64,000 nucleotides of DNA. Source: Dehalococcoidia bacterium (GTDB lineage Bacteria; Chloroflexota; Dehalococcoidia; UBA2979). Shown here piece by piece: positions 39,295-49,522 of the stretch. The stretch's first letter is position 1; every line of letters begins with the position of its first letter. The notes beneath the pieces were generated by a model, which had not been told where the DNA came from, did no database searches, and worked only from the letters and a program-made list of their open reading frames with translations. Where the stretch lies: the NCBI GenBank assembly GCA_965247925.1, contig CBDFIB010000004.1, positions 288,539-352,538 of the forward strand, written 5' to 3'. Made by a program: the position numbers and the translations under genes.

Positions 39295-39432
39295 GGCTAG
39301 AGGCTGCTTCGAATCCTCGAGGACGACCAGGGGTGGCGATGGCGGCCCGGCCGCCCGCCGCCCACGAGGAACACGCCGACGACTACGCCACGCCTCGACG
39401 AAGACCGCGAGGGCGCGCCCGCGCCGGGGGGC

Positions 39433-40701
39433 GTGCGCCTGCCCGCGGACGCGCGACGCCCCGCGGTGACCTCGCGGCTGCTCGGCGGCCTGATCTCGGC
39501 GCGCACCTTCGAGTCGTTGCAGGACCGCGACTTCCGCTGGTTCTTCGTCGCGACGCTCGGCCTGAACGCGACGATGAACATGCAGATGCTCGCGCGCGGC
39601 TACCTCGTGTTCGAACTGACCGGGTCCTACGCGGCGCTCGGAACCATGGCGCTGTTCCTGTCCGTGGTGATGCTCGGCTTCTCCCTCTACGGGGGCGTGC
39701 TGGCCGACCGGCGCTCCAAGCGGCTCGTGGTTCAGGTAGGTCAGATCGGATCCGCCGTGACGTCGGCTGCGGTGGCGGTGCTGCTCTTTGCGGATCAGCT
39801 GCGCTACGAGCACCTGCTGATCGCGGCGATGGCGCAGGGCGCCACCGGCGGACTGATCTTCCCGGCGCTGCAATCGATGCCGGCGGAGATCGTCGGGCTG
39901 TCCCGCTTGCAGAACGCAATCGCGCTCAACATGGCAGGCATGAACACCATGCGGCTGTTCGGACCGATGCTCGGCGGGGTCATGCTCGCGATCGTCGGCG
40001 CGGAGTGGGTCTACGTGCTCATGACCGCGCTGTTCCTGCTCTCCGTCGTCCTGCTCCTGCGGGTACCGAAGCGCGAGCCGGACCCGGCAGCGGCGGGTAC
40101 CCGCGGCGGGATCGAGGAGTTGCGCGAGGGACTCGCCTACATCCTCCGGACGCCCACGATGTTCCTGCTGCTCGCCCTCAGCTTCGCGACCTCGTTCCTC
40201 GGGATGCCGTACATCCGCCTCCTGCCGGGGTTCGTAGCCGACGTGCTCGATGGGGGCGCGGCGCAGCTCGGTCTCATGATGAGCGTTGCGGGCATTGGGT
40301 CACTGGTCGGGGTGCTCGCCCTGGCAGCGCTGCCGCCGGGGCAGCGCGGGAAGCTGCTGCTGCTGAGTGTGGTGGTGGCGGGACTGGGGCTGACCGCTTT
40401 CTCCGCCTCCTCGAGCTATCTGCTGTCGCTCGCGATCATGGTCGTCGTCGGCCTGGGCGAGGCGGGCAGGCAGGTGCTCAACAACGTGCTGCTGCACACG
40501 CACGTGGAGGACGCCTACCGCGGCCGCGTCGCGAGCGTCTTCATGATGCAGGTCGGGACGATGGCCCTCGGCGCCTTCGTCGTCGGCCTGATCGCCGAGT
40601 TCGTAGGCCCGCAGGTCGGCCTCGGCAGCTTCTCCCTGCTGCTCGTGGTGCTGGCGCTCGTCGTCTACGCCTTCGTGCCGCGCCTGCGCGATCTGGAGTA
40701 G
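39433..40701 (+). CDS. MFS transporter (second of the tandem paralogous pair)
   Basis: 422 aa paralog of 37789..39057. Confidence 0.85.
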   Translation: MRLPADARRPAVTSRLLGGLISARTFESLQDRDFRWFFVATLGLNATMNMQMLARGYLVFELTGSYAALGTMALFLSVVMLGFSLYGGVLADRRSKRLVVQVGQIGSAVTSAAVAVLLFADQLRYEHLLIAAMAQGATGGLIFPALQSMPAEIVGLSRLQNAIALNMAGMNTMRLFGPMLGGVMLAIVGAEWVYVLMTALFLLSVVLLLRVPKREPDPAAAGTRGGIEELREGLAYILRTPTMFLLLALSFATSFLGMPYIRLLPGFVADVLDGGAAQLGLMMSVAGIGSLVGVLALAALPPGQRGKLLLLSVVVAGLGLTAFSASSSYLLSLAIMVVVGLGEAGRQVLNNVLLHTHVEDAYRGRVASVFMMQVGTMALGAFVVGLIAEFVGPQVGLGSFSLLLVVLALVVYAFVPRLRDLE

Positions 40702-40794
40702 CGCGCTGCCTCCCGACTGTCCCCGTTCCCGGGCGAGAGGGCGAGGGTGAAGGGCGCCCCCCCACACCCCCATCCCGGATGAGCACGCGCGCGC

Positions 40795-40862
40795 GGCTCT
40801 GGCCCGCCCACCCGCCCTCGGATTTTTCTTCATGTGGGGGCGCAGCCCCCACGCCCCCACCC
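40795..40862. repeat. ~60-bp hairpin-containing repeat (CCCACCCGCCCTCGGATTTTTCTTCATGTGGGGGCGCAGCCCCCACGCCCCC); an inverted copy lies at 61670..61728
   Basis: The reverse complement of 61670-61728 aligns almost base-for-base. Contains the perfect hairpin GTGGGGGC-GCA-GCCCCCAC. Confidence 0.6.
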
Positions 40863-40977
40863 GGATCGCCAGGCCGCCGTCGCGGCCCCGCCGGGTCGGA
40901 CACCGGAGGCGCAGCTATCGAGGGCGTCCGGTTCCCTCTCCCCGCTGGGAGAGGGCGAGGGTGAGGGGCGTCCGCCC

Positions 40978-41075
40978 TCAGCCGCGAGGCAGCCCGAGGC
41001 CGCGTGTGGCGATGATGTTGCGCTGGATCTCGGAGGAGCCGTTGGAGATCGTGATCGGGACCAGGCGCGGAATGC
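40978..41075 (-). pseudogene. duplicated 3' fragment of the adjacent acyl-CoA dehydrogenase gene
   Basis: About 95 bp nearly identical to 41351..41448. Encodes ...VPITISNGSSEIQRNIIATRGLGLPRG against VPITISGGSSEIQRNIIATRGLGLPRG in the full gene. Confidence 0.6.
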
Positions 41076-41137
41076 CTCTGATCGTATCCTGCATGTGCGG
41101 CGATTGGTGGCCGTCGCCGCGCTCAAGGAGAGTCAGC

Positions 41138-41349
41138 ATGAGCCGGGACTGCCAGACCGCCAACGACCAGGAGCCGCCCAGAGACGAGGCGCAGGGCGTG
41201 GCGATCCTGCCCTTTGGCGAGGCCATCGAACGGCTCGCCGCGCTTCGGGAGGAGATCTTCGGGGGAACGACGCTTCCCGGGGACTCGGCTGACTTCATCC
41301 GCGAGGCCCGCGAGGTCCGCGCGGAGCATCTGGCCGGTGAAAAGACAGA

Positions 41350-41353
<4 letters not shown>
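41138..41353 (+). CDS. hypothetical small protein (71 aa)
   Basis: AAGGAG ribosome-binding site before the ATG. MSRDCQTANDQEPPRDEAQGVAILPFGEAIERLAALREEIFGG... Confidence 0.35.
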
Positions 41354-42573
<1,220 letters not shown>

Positions 42574-42585
42574 CGCCGCGCCTCG

Positions 42586-43590
42586 CTACTCCGCCAGTTC
42601 GATGTCGAAGCCGTCGTCGGAGCCGCGGACAGCTTCGACGACGCGACGGGCCAGGCGCACACAATCGTTGGCGTTGAAGTTTCCCTCGGCGTAAAGATCG
42701 GCGCCTGGAACCTGGAGCGGCACGCGGAGATCCGAAGGTGACGAGCTGAAGTAGGGACGCCTCCGGCCCCGCAGGTGGACGATGCGCTCCGCGAACGCCG
42801 GCCCCGCCTCGGTCGCAAGTCGCTCGCAGATCCCGCGCAGCACCTCGTTCCAGCGAGCCGCCTCGTAGCGGTTGCCGTCGAGCCAGAACGCCGCCGGGCT
42901 GCGTCCTTTAAAGCTCACGGAGGGAGGGGCGACGGCGGTCTTCTCCAAGGGAGACGCGGGCTCATCCGCAAGCTCGATGTGGAAGCCGTCGTCGGAGCCG
43001 CGGACTGCGCGAACGACACGACGTGAGCGGTCAGCCGCAACATCGGCCGTGATGTTCACATAGACGGAGCGGCCCGTATCGGCGATGGGGACCCAGTCTG
43101 GGGAATCCGGGGGCGACGATCTGAAGTAGGGCTGCCCCTGTTGTTCGGCAATGCGTTGGACAAGCGCTGGCCCCGCCTCGATCAAGAGTTGCCCGCACAC
43201 ACGCGGCAGCAATTCGCGCCAATTCCTGACCTCGTAGCGTCCGCTACCCAGCCAGAAGGCCGCCGGGTGACGGCCCTTGAAGCTGGCAGGAGTGGGGTCC
43301 GACGGCGAGAAGGGCGATGCGGGGCGAACAGGCTCATCTGTAAGCTCGATATGGAAGCTGTCGTCAGAGCCGCGGACGGCGATGAGGATGCGCCTGGAGA
43401 TGCGCGCCGCCCGGTCGGGACCAAGATTTCCCTCAACGTAGAGGCTGGAGTTCGTGAGTTTCCGGGGATGTTGTAAATCGTCGGGGCGCTCAGTGAAGTA
43501 GACCCGAGTCCGGCCCTTCACATCAGCGACGCGCTCAGCGAACTCTGCGCCTGCCTCCCTCGCAAGTTCGTCGGAGAGCTCCTGGACCAA
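42586..43590 (-). CDS. hypothetical protein built from three tandem ~110-aa repeats
   Basis: Each repeat carries SFKGRxPAAFWLxGxRYExxxWxExLxxxCExLxxEAGPAFxERI...RxYFxxxPxDLxxP...LYxEGNx...RRxxxAVRGSDDxFxIELxDEP. No enzymatic motif recognised. Confidence 0.55.
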   Translation of the reverse strand: MVQELSDELAREAGAEFAERVADVKGRTRVYFTERPDDLQHPRKLTNSSLYVEGNLGPDRAARISRRILIAVRGSDDSFHIELTDEPVRPASPFSPSDPTPASFKGRHPAAFWLGSGRYEVRNWRELLPRVCGQLLIEAGPALVQRIAEQQGQPYFRSSPPDSPDWVPIADTGRSVYVNITADVAADRSRRVVRAVRGSDDGFHIELADEPASPLEKTAVAPPSVSFKGRSPAAFWLDGNRYEAARWNEVLRGICERLATEAGPAFAERIVHLRGRRRPYFSSSPSDLRVPLQVPGADLYAEGNFNANDCVRLARRVVEAVRGSDDGFDIELAE

Positions 43591-43809
43591 ATGCGGCCAA
43601 CTCTTGACCTCATGGCGTCCGCCATCGAGTCGAAAGGCCGTTATGCGTCGGTCCCGGAAGCTTGCTGGTGCGGGGGTGCCTGCCGTCTCCGCCGAGGACG
43701 CGGACTCGCTCGCGGGAGCCGCCGATGCGGGTGCGGCTGAACGAGTGCCCCGCCCGCGCCGCCGTGAGGGCCGCGCGTTGGTCGGGCGAGTCTCAAGGTT
43801 GACCGGCCT

Positions 43810-43966
43810 TAGCAGGCTGCTGAAAAACTCCTGATCCTGAGCCGTAAGGTCTCACTGGCCATTCGGTGGGCTGGCGTAGAGCCCAGAAACATTGGGGTTT
43901 TCGATGTCGCGACCAGCGCGATTTCAGCCCAAAAGCGCCGCCGCGGACTTTTTCATCACCCTGTTA
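43810..43966 (-). repeat. MITE-like element copy C; its terminus overlaps the left end of IS1380 copy 2 by ~3 nt
   Basis: TAGCAGGCTGCTGAAAAACTCC...GGACTTTTTCATCACCCTGTTA, then the IS left end TTAGCCCTGATCC. Confidence 0.7.
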
Positions 43967-45629
43967 GCCCTGATCCACCGAAGAAGAGCGTGCGAGCGGC
44001 TGCGGTTGGGTGCTCCGCTGTAGCTGGGACAATGGGTTTTGACAAATCACGTACCAGCGACAGGGAGCACCCATTCGATGCTACCAACGAGCGACCCCGA
44101 CCGGATAGACATCGCCTTCGACGACCACCGCCTGGTGGCCGATGCGGGGCTGCTCCTCCCGGCCACGCTCGCCCAGCATCTCGGTTTGCAAGAGCTCGCC
44201 GACAGCTACCTCGACCTCGGTGACGCGGCGGGGCGCGCGAACGCCGGCGACAAGCTGCTGACCCTGGCCGCCTCGGCGCTCGCGGGCGGCGACTGCATCG
44301 ACGACGCCGCTGCGTTGCGCTCAGGCGGCGCCGGGCGCGTGCTCGGCTGCACCGTGAAGGCGCCGTCCACCCTCGGGACCTTCCTGCGCAGCTTCAGCTG
44401 GGGCCACGTCCGCCAGCTCGACCGCCTCAGCCGCGAGTTGCTCGCCCGCGGCTGGGCGGCCGGGGCGGGACCCGGCGATGCGCCGTTCACGATCGACCTC
44501 GATTCGACGCTCTGCGAGACCTACGGCCTGGCGAAGGAGGGCGCCCGCCAGCCCGGCTACAGCGGCGCGCGCGGCTATCACCCGCTGCTCGCGGTGGCGG
44601 CCGGGACGGGCGAGGTGCTGATGGCGCGGCTGCGCGAGGGCCGCGCGCACACCGCCCGCGGCGCCGCCCACTTCCTGCGTGAGACGGTGGCGCGGGTGCG
44701 CGAGGCCGGGGCGTCGGGGCAGCTCACGGTGCGCGCCGACAGCGGCTTCTACACCCACGCCGTCGTCGCCGCCTGCCGCGCGCTGGATGTCCGCTTCTCA
44801 ATCACCATTCGCCAGCAGCCGAGCGTACGCCGGCTGATCGAGGCGATAGCGGAAGAGGACTGGACGCCGATCCCGTACTGGCTGCCGGGCGGCGCCGATG
44901 TCGCCGAGACGACCTACACGCCGTTCCAGCACAAGGAGGATGCCACCCCGGTGCGGCTCATCGTGCGGCGCGTCAAGCCGGCGCCCGGCTCACAGCTCGC
45001 GCTCTTCGTGAACTATAGCTACCACGCCTTCATCAGCGATCGCGCCGGAGAGATGATGGAGCTGGAGGCCGACCATCGCCGCCACGCCGAGATCGAGAAC
45101 GCGATCCGCGATCTCAAGTACGGCGTCGGGCTGAACCATCTCCCCTCGGGCCGCTGCACCGCGAACGCGGCGTGGCTCGCGGTGCAGGTGATCGCGCACA
45201 ACCTCGCCCGCTGGACGGCGCGCCTCGGGCTCGGCGAGGGAATCGTGACGACGAAGACGCTCAGGCGGCGCTACTTCGCTCTCGCCGGACGGCTCACCCA
45301 TTCTGCCCGGCGCTGGACCCTGCACCTCCCGAAGCGCTGGCCCTGGGCCGCCCAGTGGACAGCCGCGCTCGCGCGACTCCGGGCGCTACCGCTCCCCGCC
45401 TCACGCCCCGCCCACAGTGCTGGCCCCGGGTCCGAGGCTCGCACCAGCATGCCCGCGCACGCCTCGCGCACCCTCGCGCCCTCGCTCAGCGCCCCCGAGC
45501 GGCGCTGAGCGAGGGCTCCTCGCTCCGCTCCGCCCGCGCCGCCGCCTGGCGAACGCCGCCACACCCGCCGAACTCTCCGCCAGCCCGGCATCCCGCCCTG
45601 TCAAGCTTCGATCGGTGGATTCGGGCTTA
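43964..45629 (+). mobile_element. IS1380-family-like insertion sequence, copy 2 (inverted relative to copy 1)
   Basis: About 99% identical to 9272..10937 over ~1666 bp, including both terminal repeats. Confidence 0.8.
44039..45508 (+). CDS. DDE transposase, IS1380/IS4-superfamily-like (second copy)
   Basis: 489 aa, 2 aa different from copy 1. Confidence 0.85.
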   Translation: MTNHVPATGSTHSMLPTSDPDRIDIAFDDHRLVADAGLLLPATLAQHLGLQELADSYLDLGDAAGRANAGDKLLTLAASALAGGDCIDDAAALRSGGAGRVLGCTVKAPSTLGTFLRSFSWGHVRQLDRLSRELLARGWAAGAGPGDAPFTIDLDSTLCETYGLAKEGARQPGYSGARGYHPLLAVAAGTGEVLMARLREGRAHTARGAAHFLRETVARVREAGASGQLTVRADSGFYTHAVVAACRALDVRFSITIRQQPSVRRLIEAIAEEDWTPIPYWLPGGADVAETTYTPFQHKEDATPVRLIVRRVKPAPGSQLALFVNYSYHAFISDRAGEMMELEADHRRHAEIENAIRDLKYGVGLNHLPSGRCTANAAWLAVQVIAHNLARWTARLGLGEGIVTTKTLRRRYFALAGRLTHSARRWTLHLPKRWPWAAQWTAALARLRALPLPASRPAHSAGPGSEARTSMPAHASRTLAPSLSAPERR

Positions 45630-46212
45630 GTTTGCCGGCCAAGAACTCGCTGATGGTCTCCTTGGTCGGAGGGTGACCGGATATCTCCGTCACGGCATCG
45701 GTGAGGAGGTCGATGATCAGTCCCTCGGGATCGCTCAGAACTTTCTCCCAAGCTTCCGGCAGTGCACCGCGAGCGCGACGCTCACGCTCAATCTGCCGGA
45801 ACTCTCCACGTGCCTCCTCCAGCGCCGCTCCACTGGCCATAGCCGCGCGACCGAGGAAGCGCTGTAGAGATGCAGCCACATCCGCTGCCGACTGCGTGAG
45901 GAAGTCTAGGCTCAAGAACCGCCGCTGCTCCCAGGGGCTTCCGGTTTCCCCAGGCAGGTAGAGCCACCAGACGAGACCGTCGGTCAGCGCAGCGAGATCC
46001 GCACCCTCGTCGAAGGCATAGCCAAGCAGTTGTACCTGATGTTCCGTCAGGTCGGTGCCCGCGCTCTTCACCTCGATCAGCACGCGCGGACGGTGCTCGG
46101 ACTTGAGACAGTAGTCCACTTTTCGTCCATCCCGAACGCGGTGCTCGCGGGCGACTTCGTCAGGATTGAACGTGTTCCAGCCCAGCGCCCCGATGACAGG
46201 ATTCACCGCCAT
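45601..46212 (-). CDS. PD-(D/E)xK nuclease-like protein (HsdR-N-terminal-like); 3' end replaced by the IS1380 terminus
   Basis: VDYCLKSEHRPRVLIEVKSAGTDLTEHQVQLLGYAF...LTDGLVWWLY. The last ~9 codons and the stop fall inside the IS end (45601-45629). Confidence 0.55.
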   Translation of the reverse strand: MAVNPVIGALGWNTFNPDEVAREHRVRDGRKVDYCLKSEHRPRVLIEVKSAGTDLTEHQVQLLGYAFDEGADLAALTDGLVWWLYLPGETGSPWEQRRFLSLDFLTQSAADVAASLQRFLGRAAMASGAALEEARGEFRQIERERRARGALPEAWEKVLSDPEGLIIDLLTDAVTEISGHPPTKETISEFLAGKLSPNPPIEA

Positions 46213-46349
46213 TTCGCGCGTTGCCTGCTCGCTGCCCTGCGAAAGTCAATCCGCGCAATCTGAGAACTCAGGGTTTCGAGGTCGGAGAGGTCCGGCATGG
46301 CGCGGAGTCTACCGCTTATGCGCCGCCCGGCGGGTGCACCCCACTTCGA

Positions 46350-46784
46350 TCAGCGGACCGGGCGGCGGTCGCGGACGATCTCCGTGAGGATGCCGTTGGC
46401 CGAGCTGGGGTGGAAGAACGAGGCGGTGATGTCCTCGATCGGCTCGCCGAAGTCGATGTAGCGCAGGCCGTTGTCGATGAACTGCTTCGTGTCGGCGATC
46501 ACGTTGTCGCTGCCGTAGCCGATGTGGTGCAGCCCCGGCCCGCGGCGATCGAGGTAGCGGCCGATGCCGCTCTCGGCGTCGTCGGGCAGCAGGATCTCCA
46601 GCTTCGTCTCGCCGAGGCCGACCCGGACGAAGAAGATGCGCGTGCGCTCCGGGGCGAAGTAGCCGCCCTCGGGCATCGGCGCGCGCTCGATGTCCCACGC
46701 GAGGCCGAGCTTCTCGACGAGCACGTCGCCGGCTTGCTCGAGGCTATGCGACACGATGCCGATGTGATCGACGTAGGTGATCAT
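46350..46784 (-). CDS. VOC-family protein (methylmalonyl-CoA epimerase / glyoxalase-like)
   Basis: From the internal ATG (GAAGGAGG ribosome-binding site): MITYVDHIGIVSHSLEQAGDVLVEKLGL... Confidence 0.8.
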   Translation of the reverse strand: MITYVDHIGIVSHSLEQAGDVLVEKLGLAWDIERAPMPEGGYFAPERTRIFFVRVGLGETKLEILLPDDAESGIGRYLDRRGPGLHHIGYGSDNVIADTKQFIDNGLRYIDFGEPIEDITASFFHPSSANGILTEIVRDRRPVR

Positions 46785-46966
46785 CCCATCCTCCTTCGCG
46801 CGGTCGCCGCCGGGGCGCATGCGAAGACTACGGGTTTCCAAGGGGCGGGCGGTTGCCCACCACGCGCCCGCCTTCGCACCCATCAGGTCGCGCACGGTGC
46901 CGGTGCAGCGCCCGCCGCCGTATACTCGCGCCGCACACGAGGGCTCCCCGGCCGGCCGGAGGCGTC

Positions 46967-49462
46967 ATGGGCGAACTCGAAGCGCCGCTGACCGGCATCC
47001 GCGTGCTCGATCTCGGGCAGGCCGCCGTCGGACCGGTGGCCGCCGAGTACCTCGCGTGGCTCGGTGCCGACGTGATCAAGGTGGAGTCGCCCGATGGCGA
47101 CATGGTGCGCCGCACCCGGCCCGAGCTGCGCGGCATGGGCCACACCTTCCTCGGCAACAACCTCGGCAAGCGCGGCATCGTGCTCGACCTCAAGCAGCCC
47201 GAGGAATTCGCGCGCGCCGAGGACCTGATCCGCACGGCCGACGTGCTGGTCGAGAACTTCCGCTCGCCCGCCGTGATGGAGCGGCTCGGCCTCGGCTGGG
47301 AGCGCCTGCGCGAGCTCAACCCGCGCCTCGTCTACCTGCAGAGCTCCGCCTTCGGCCCGGTCGGGCCGATGGTCGGGATGACCAGCAACGAGTGGTTCTC
47401 GCAGGCCGCGGGCGGCGCGACCAGCCTCAACGGCCAGCCCGGCGGACCGCCCGAGTTCTCGCGCGGGACGCCCTCGATCGACTGGAACGGCGCGGCCGTC
47501 AACCTTGAGGCGCTGCTCGTCGGGCTGTGGGTGCGCGAGCGCACCGGCCGCGGGCTGCGCATCCAGAACTCGCAGCTGCAGTCGACCATGTTCGGCGCGA
47601 CCACGCGCATCGCCGAGTTCCTCGCGACCGGCGAGCCGCCGCTGCGGCTCGGCAGCGCGCGCAGCAACATCGTGCCCGACCAGTCGTTCGCAACCGCCGA
47701 GGGCTACGTGGCCGTCAGCGCGCTCAACCAGCGGCTCTGGACGCGGCTCTGCGAGGTCCTCGAGCACCCGGAACTGGCGGCCGATCCGCGCTTCGCGAGC
47801 AACGCGCTGCGCGTCGAGCATCGCGAGGCGCTGATCCCGCTGCTGGAGACGGCCTTCGCCGCGCGGCCCGCCGACGAGTGGGTGGAGCGGCTGCGCGCCG
47901 CCCGCGTGCCCGCCTCCGAGGTGCGGACGGGCTTGCCGCTGATCGAGGGCCTGCTGGCGCATCCGCAGGCGAGCGGGCAGCGCTTCCTCAGCGTCATGGA
48001 CACGCCCTGGGGCGACATGGGCACGGCCGAGCCGCACTGGCGCTTCGACAAGACGCGCGCGCGCATCACCGGCCCTTCGCCGGCGCAGGGCCAGCACACC
48101 GAGGAGGTGCTCGGCGCGCTCGAGGGCGAACTCGCGGCGGTGCAGGCGCCGGCCCCCGCCGCGACCAACGGCGCGCGCGGCAACGGCGCACAGAGCAACC
48201 GGGGAGAGGTCGACAGCGACGCGACGCCCGCGCCCGCCCTCGCGGGACTGCGCGTCCTCGATCTCTCGCAGGGCGTCTCCGGGCCGATCTGCGCGATGCA
48301 ACTCGGCGACCTCGGCGCGGACGTGATCAAGATCGAGCCGCCCGGGGGCGACTGGATCCGGGAGGTCGGACCCTTCCATACGCCCGAGGACGGCGAGCCG
48401 GAGAGCGCGCTCTACCTGCAGCTCAACCGCAACAAGCGCGGCATCGCGCTCGACCTCAAGTCCGCCGAGGGCAAGACCGTCCTCGAACGACTGCTCGCCG
48501 GCGCCGACGTGCTGATCGAGGGCTACCGCCCGGGCGTGATGGATCGCCTCGGCCTCGGCTACGAGGAGCTCTCGGCGCGCTATCCGCGGCTCGTCTACCT
48601 CTCGATCAGCGGGCAGGGCGCCGAGGGGCCGCTGGCCGAGGCGCCCGCGAGCGAGCTGGACGTGCAAGCCGTCGTCGGCTCCAACCGGCACCTCGGCCGC
48701 GCCTCCGAGCCGCCGCTGCGCTACGGCTACGACCTCGCCTCGGTGGGTGCGGGCATCGCCGGCGTGCACGGGGTGCTGACGGCGCTGCTCTGGCGCGAGC
48801 GCAGCGACCTCGGGCAGCACGTGCAGACCTCGCTGCTGCAGGCCTTCATCGCGATGCACCAGTGGACGATCAGCGCCGAGCTGGCCGTCGAGGACCGCGT
48901 CGGCCGCCCGCTCACCGGCGCCGACGAGGAGCCCGACCACGGCTTCGAGACCGCCGACGGCCACGCACTGATCACGATGCGCGGCGACGAGGGCGCCTGG
49001 GCGAAGTTCCTGATCGCCATCGACCGTCCCGAGGTGCTCCTCGATCCACGCTACGAGGCGCCGGACAGGCTGATGCGCAACCTGCACCTGCTGCCGCCGC
49101 TGGTGAACGACCGCACCCGCGAGATCCCCTTCGAGGAGCTGCGCAAACTCGTGCAGGACGAACTCGGCTACACGATCGTGCGCATGCACGACCTGCGCTC
49201 GCTGCTCGCGGACGCGCAGACCGAGGCGCTGGAGATGGTGCAGACGATCGAGGGGCATCGGACGCTCGGCTCGCTGCGCACGCTCAACGTGCCCTGGGGC
49301 TTCGAGGACGGACTCGCCTCGCTGCGCCTCCCGCCGCCACTGCTCGGCCAGCACAGCGCCGAGCTGCTCGCCGAGGCCGGCTACGGCGAGGCAGAGATCG
49401 CCCAGCTCGCGGAGTCCGGCGCGGTCCGGCTCACCCCGCTGGCGGCGCTCGCCGGGGCCTAG
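46967..49462 (+). CDS. fused di-domain family III CoA-transferase (two complete CaiB/BaiF modules in one ~831-aa polypeptide)
   Basis: Module 1 IRVLDLGQAAVGPVAAEYLAWLGADVIKVESPDGD; module 2 LRVLDLSQGVSGPICAMQLGDLGADVIKIEPPGGD. The two are joined by a low-complexity linker (AAVQAPAPAATNGARGNGAQSNRGEVDSDATPAPA). Confidence 0.8.
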   Translation: MGELEAPLTGIRVLDLGQAAVGPVAAEYLAWLGADVIKVESPDGDMVRRTRPELRGMGHTFLGNNLGKRGIVLDLKQPEEFARAEDLIRTADVLVENFRSPAVMERLGLGWERLRELNPRLVYLQSSAFGPVGPMVGMTSNEWFSQAAGGATSLNGQPGGPPEFSRGTPSIDWNGAAVNLEALLVGLWVRERTGRGLRIQNSQLQSTMFGATTRIAEFLATGEPPLRLGSARSNIVPDQSFATAEGYVAVSALNQRLWTRLCEVLEHPELAADPRFASNALRVEHREALIPLLETAFAARPADEWVERLRAARVPASEVRTGLPLIEGLLAHPQASGQRFLSVMDTPWGDMGTAEPHWRFDKTRARITGPSPAQGQHTEEVLGALEGELAAVQAPAPAATNGARGNGAQSNRGEVDSDATPAPALAGLRVLDLSQGVSGPICAMQLGDLGADVIKIEPPGGDWIREVGPFHTPEDGEPESALYLQLNRNKRGIALDLKSAEGKTVLERLLAGADVLIEGYRPGVMDRLGLGYEELSARYPRLVYLSISGQGAEGPLAEAPASELDVQAVVGSNRHLGRASEPPLRYGYDLASVGAGIAGVHGVLTALLWRERSDLGQHVQTSLLQAFIAMHQWTISAELAVEDRVGRPLTGADEEPDHGFETADGHALITMRGDEGAWAKFLIAIDRPEVLLDPRYEAPDRLMRNLHLLPPLVNDRTREIPFEELRKLVQDELGYTIVRMHDLRSLLADAQTEALEMVQTIEGHRTLGSLRTLNVPWGFEDGLASLRLPPPLLGQHSAELLAEAGYGEAEIAQLAESGAVRLTPLAALAGA

Positions 49463-49522
49463 CCGCCCGCGCTCGCACCGACTGACACGGCAGTGCTACG
49501 CTGCACGCGAGTGGGAGGGCAT

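Noticed and set aside
46883-49354. 823-aa minus-strand ORF and 652-aa plus-strand ORF (47527..49485)
   Set aside because: Antisense and off-frame shadows of the di-domain CoA-transferase gene, with Arg/Ala/Gly-dominated composition and no motifs.
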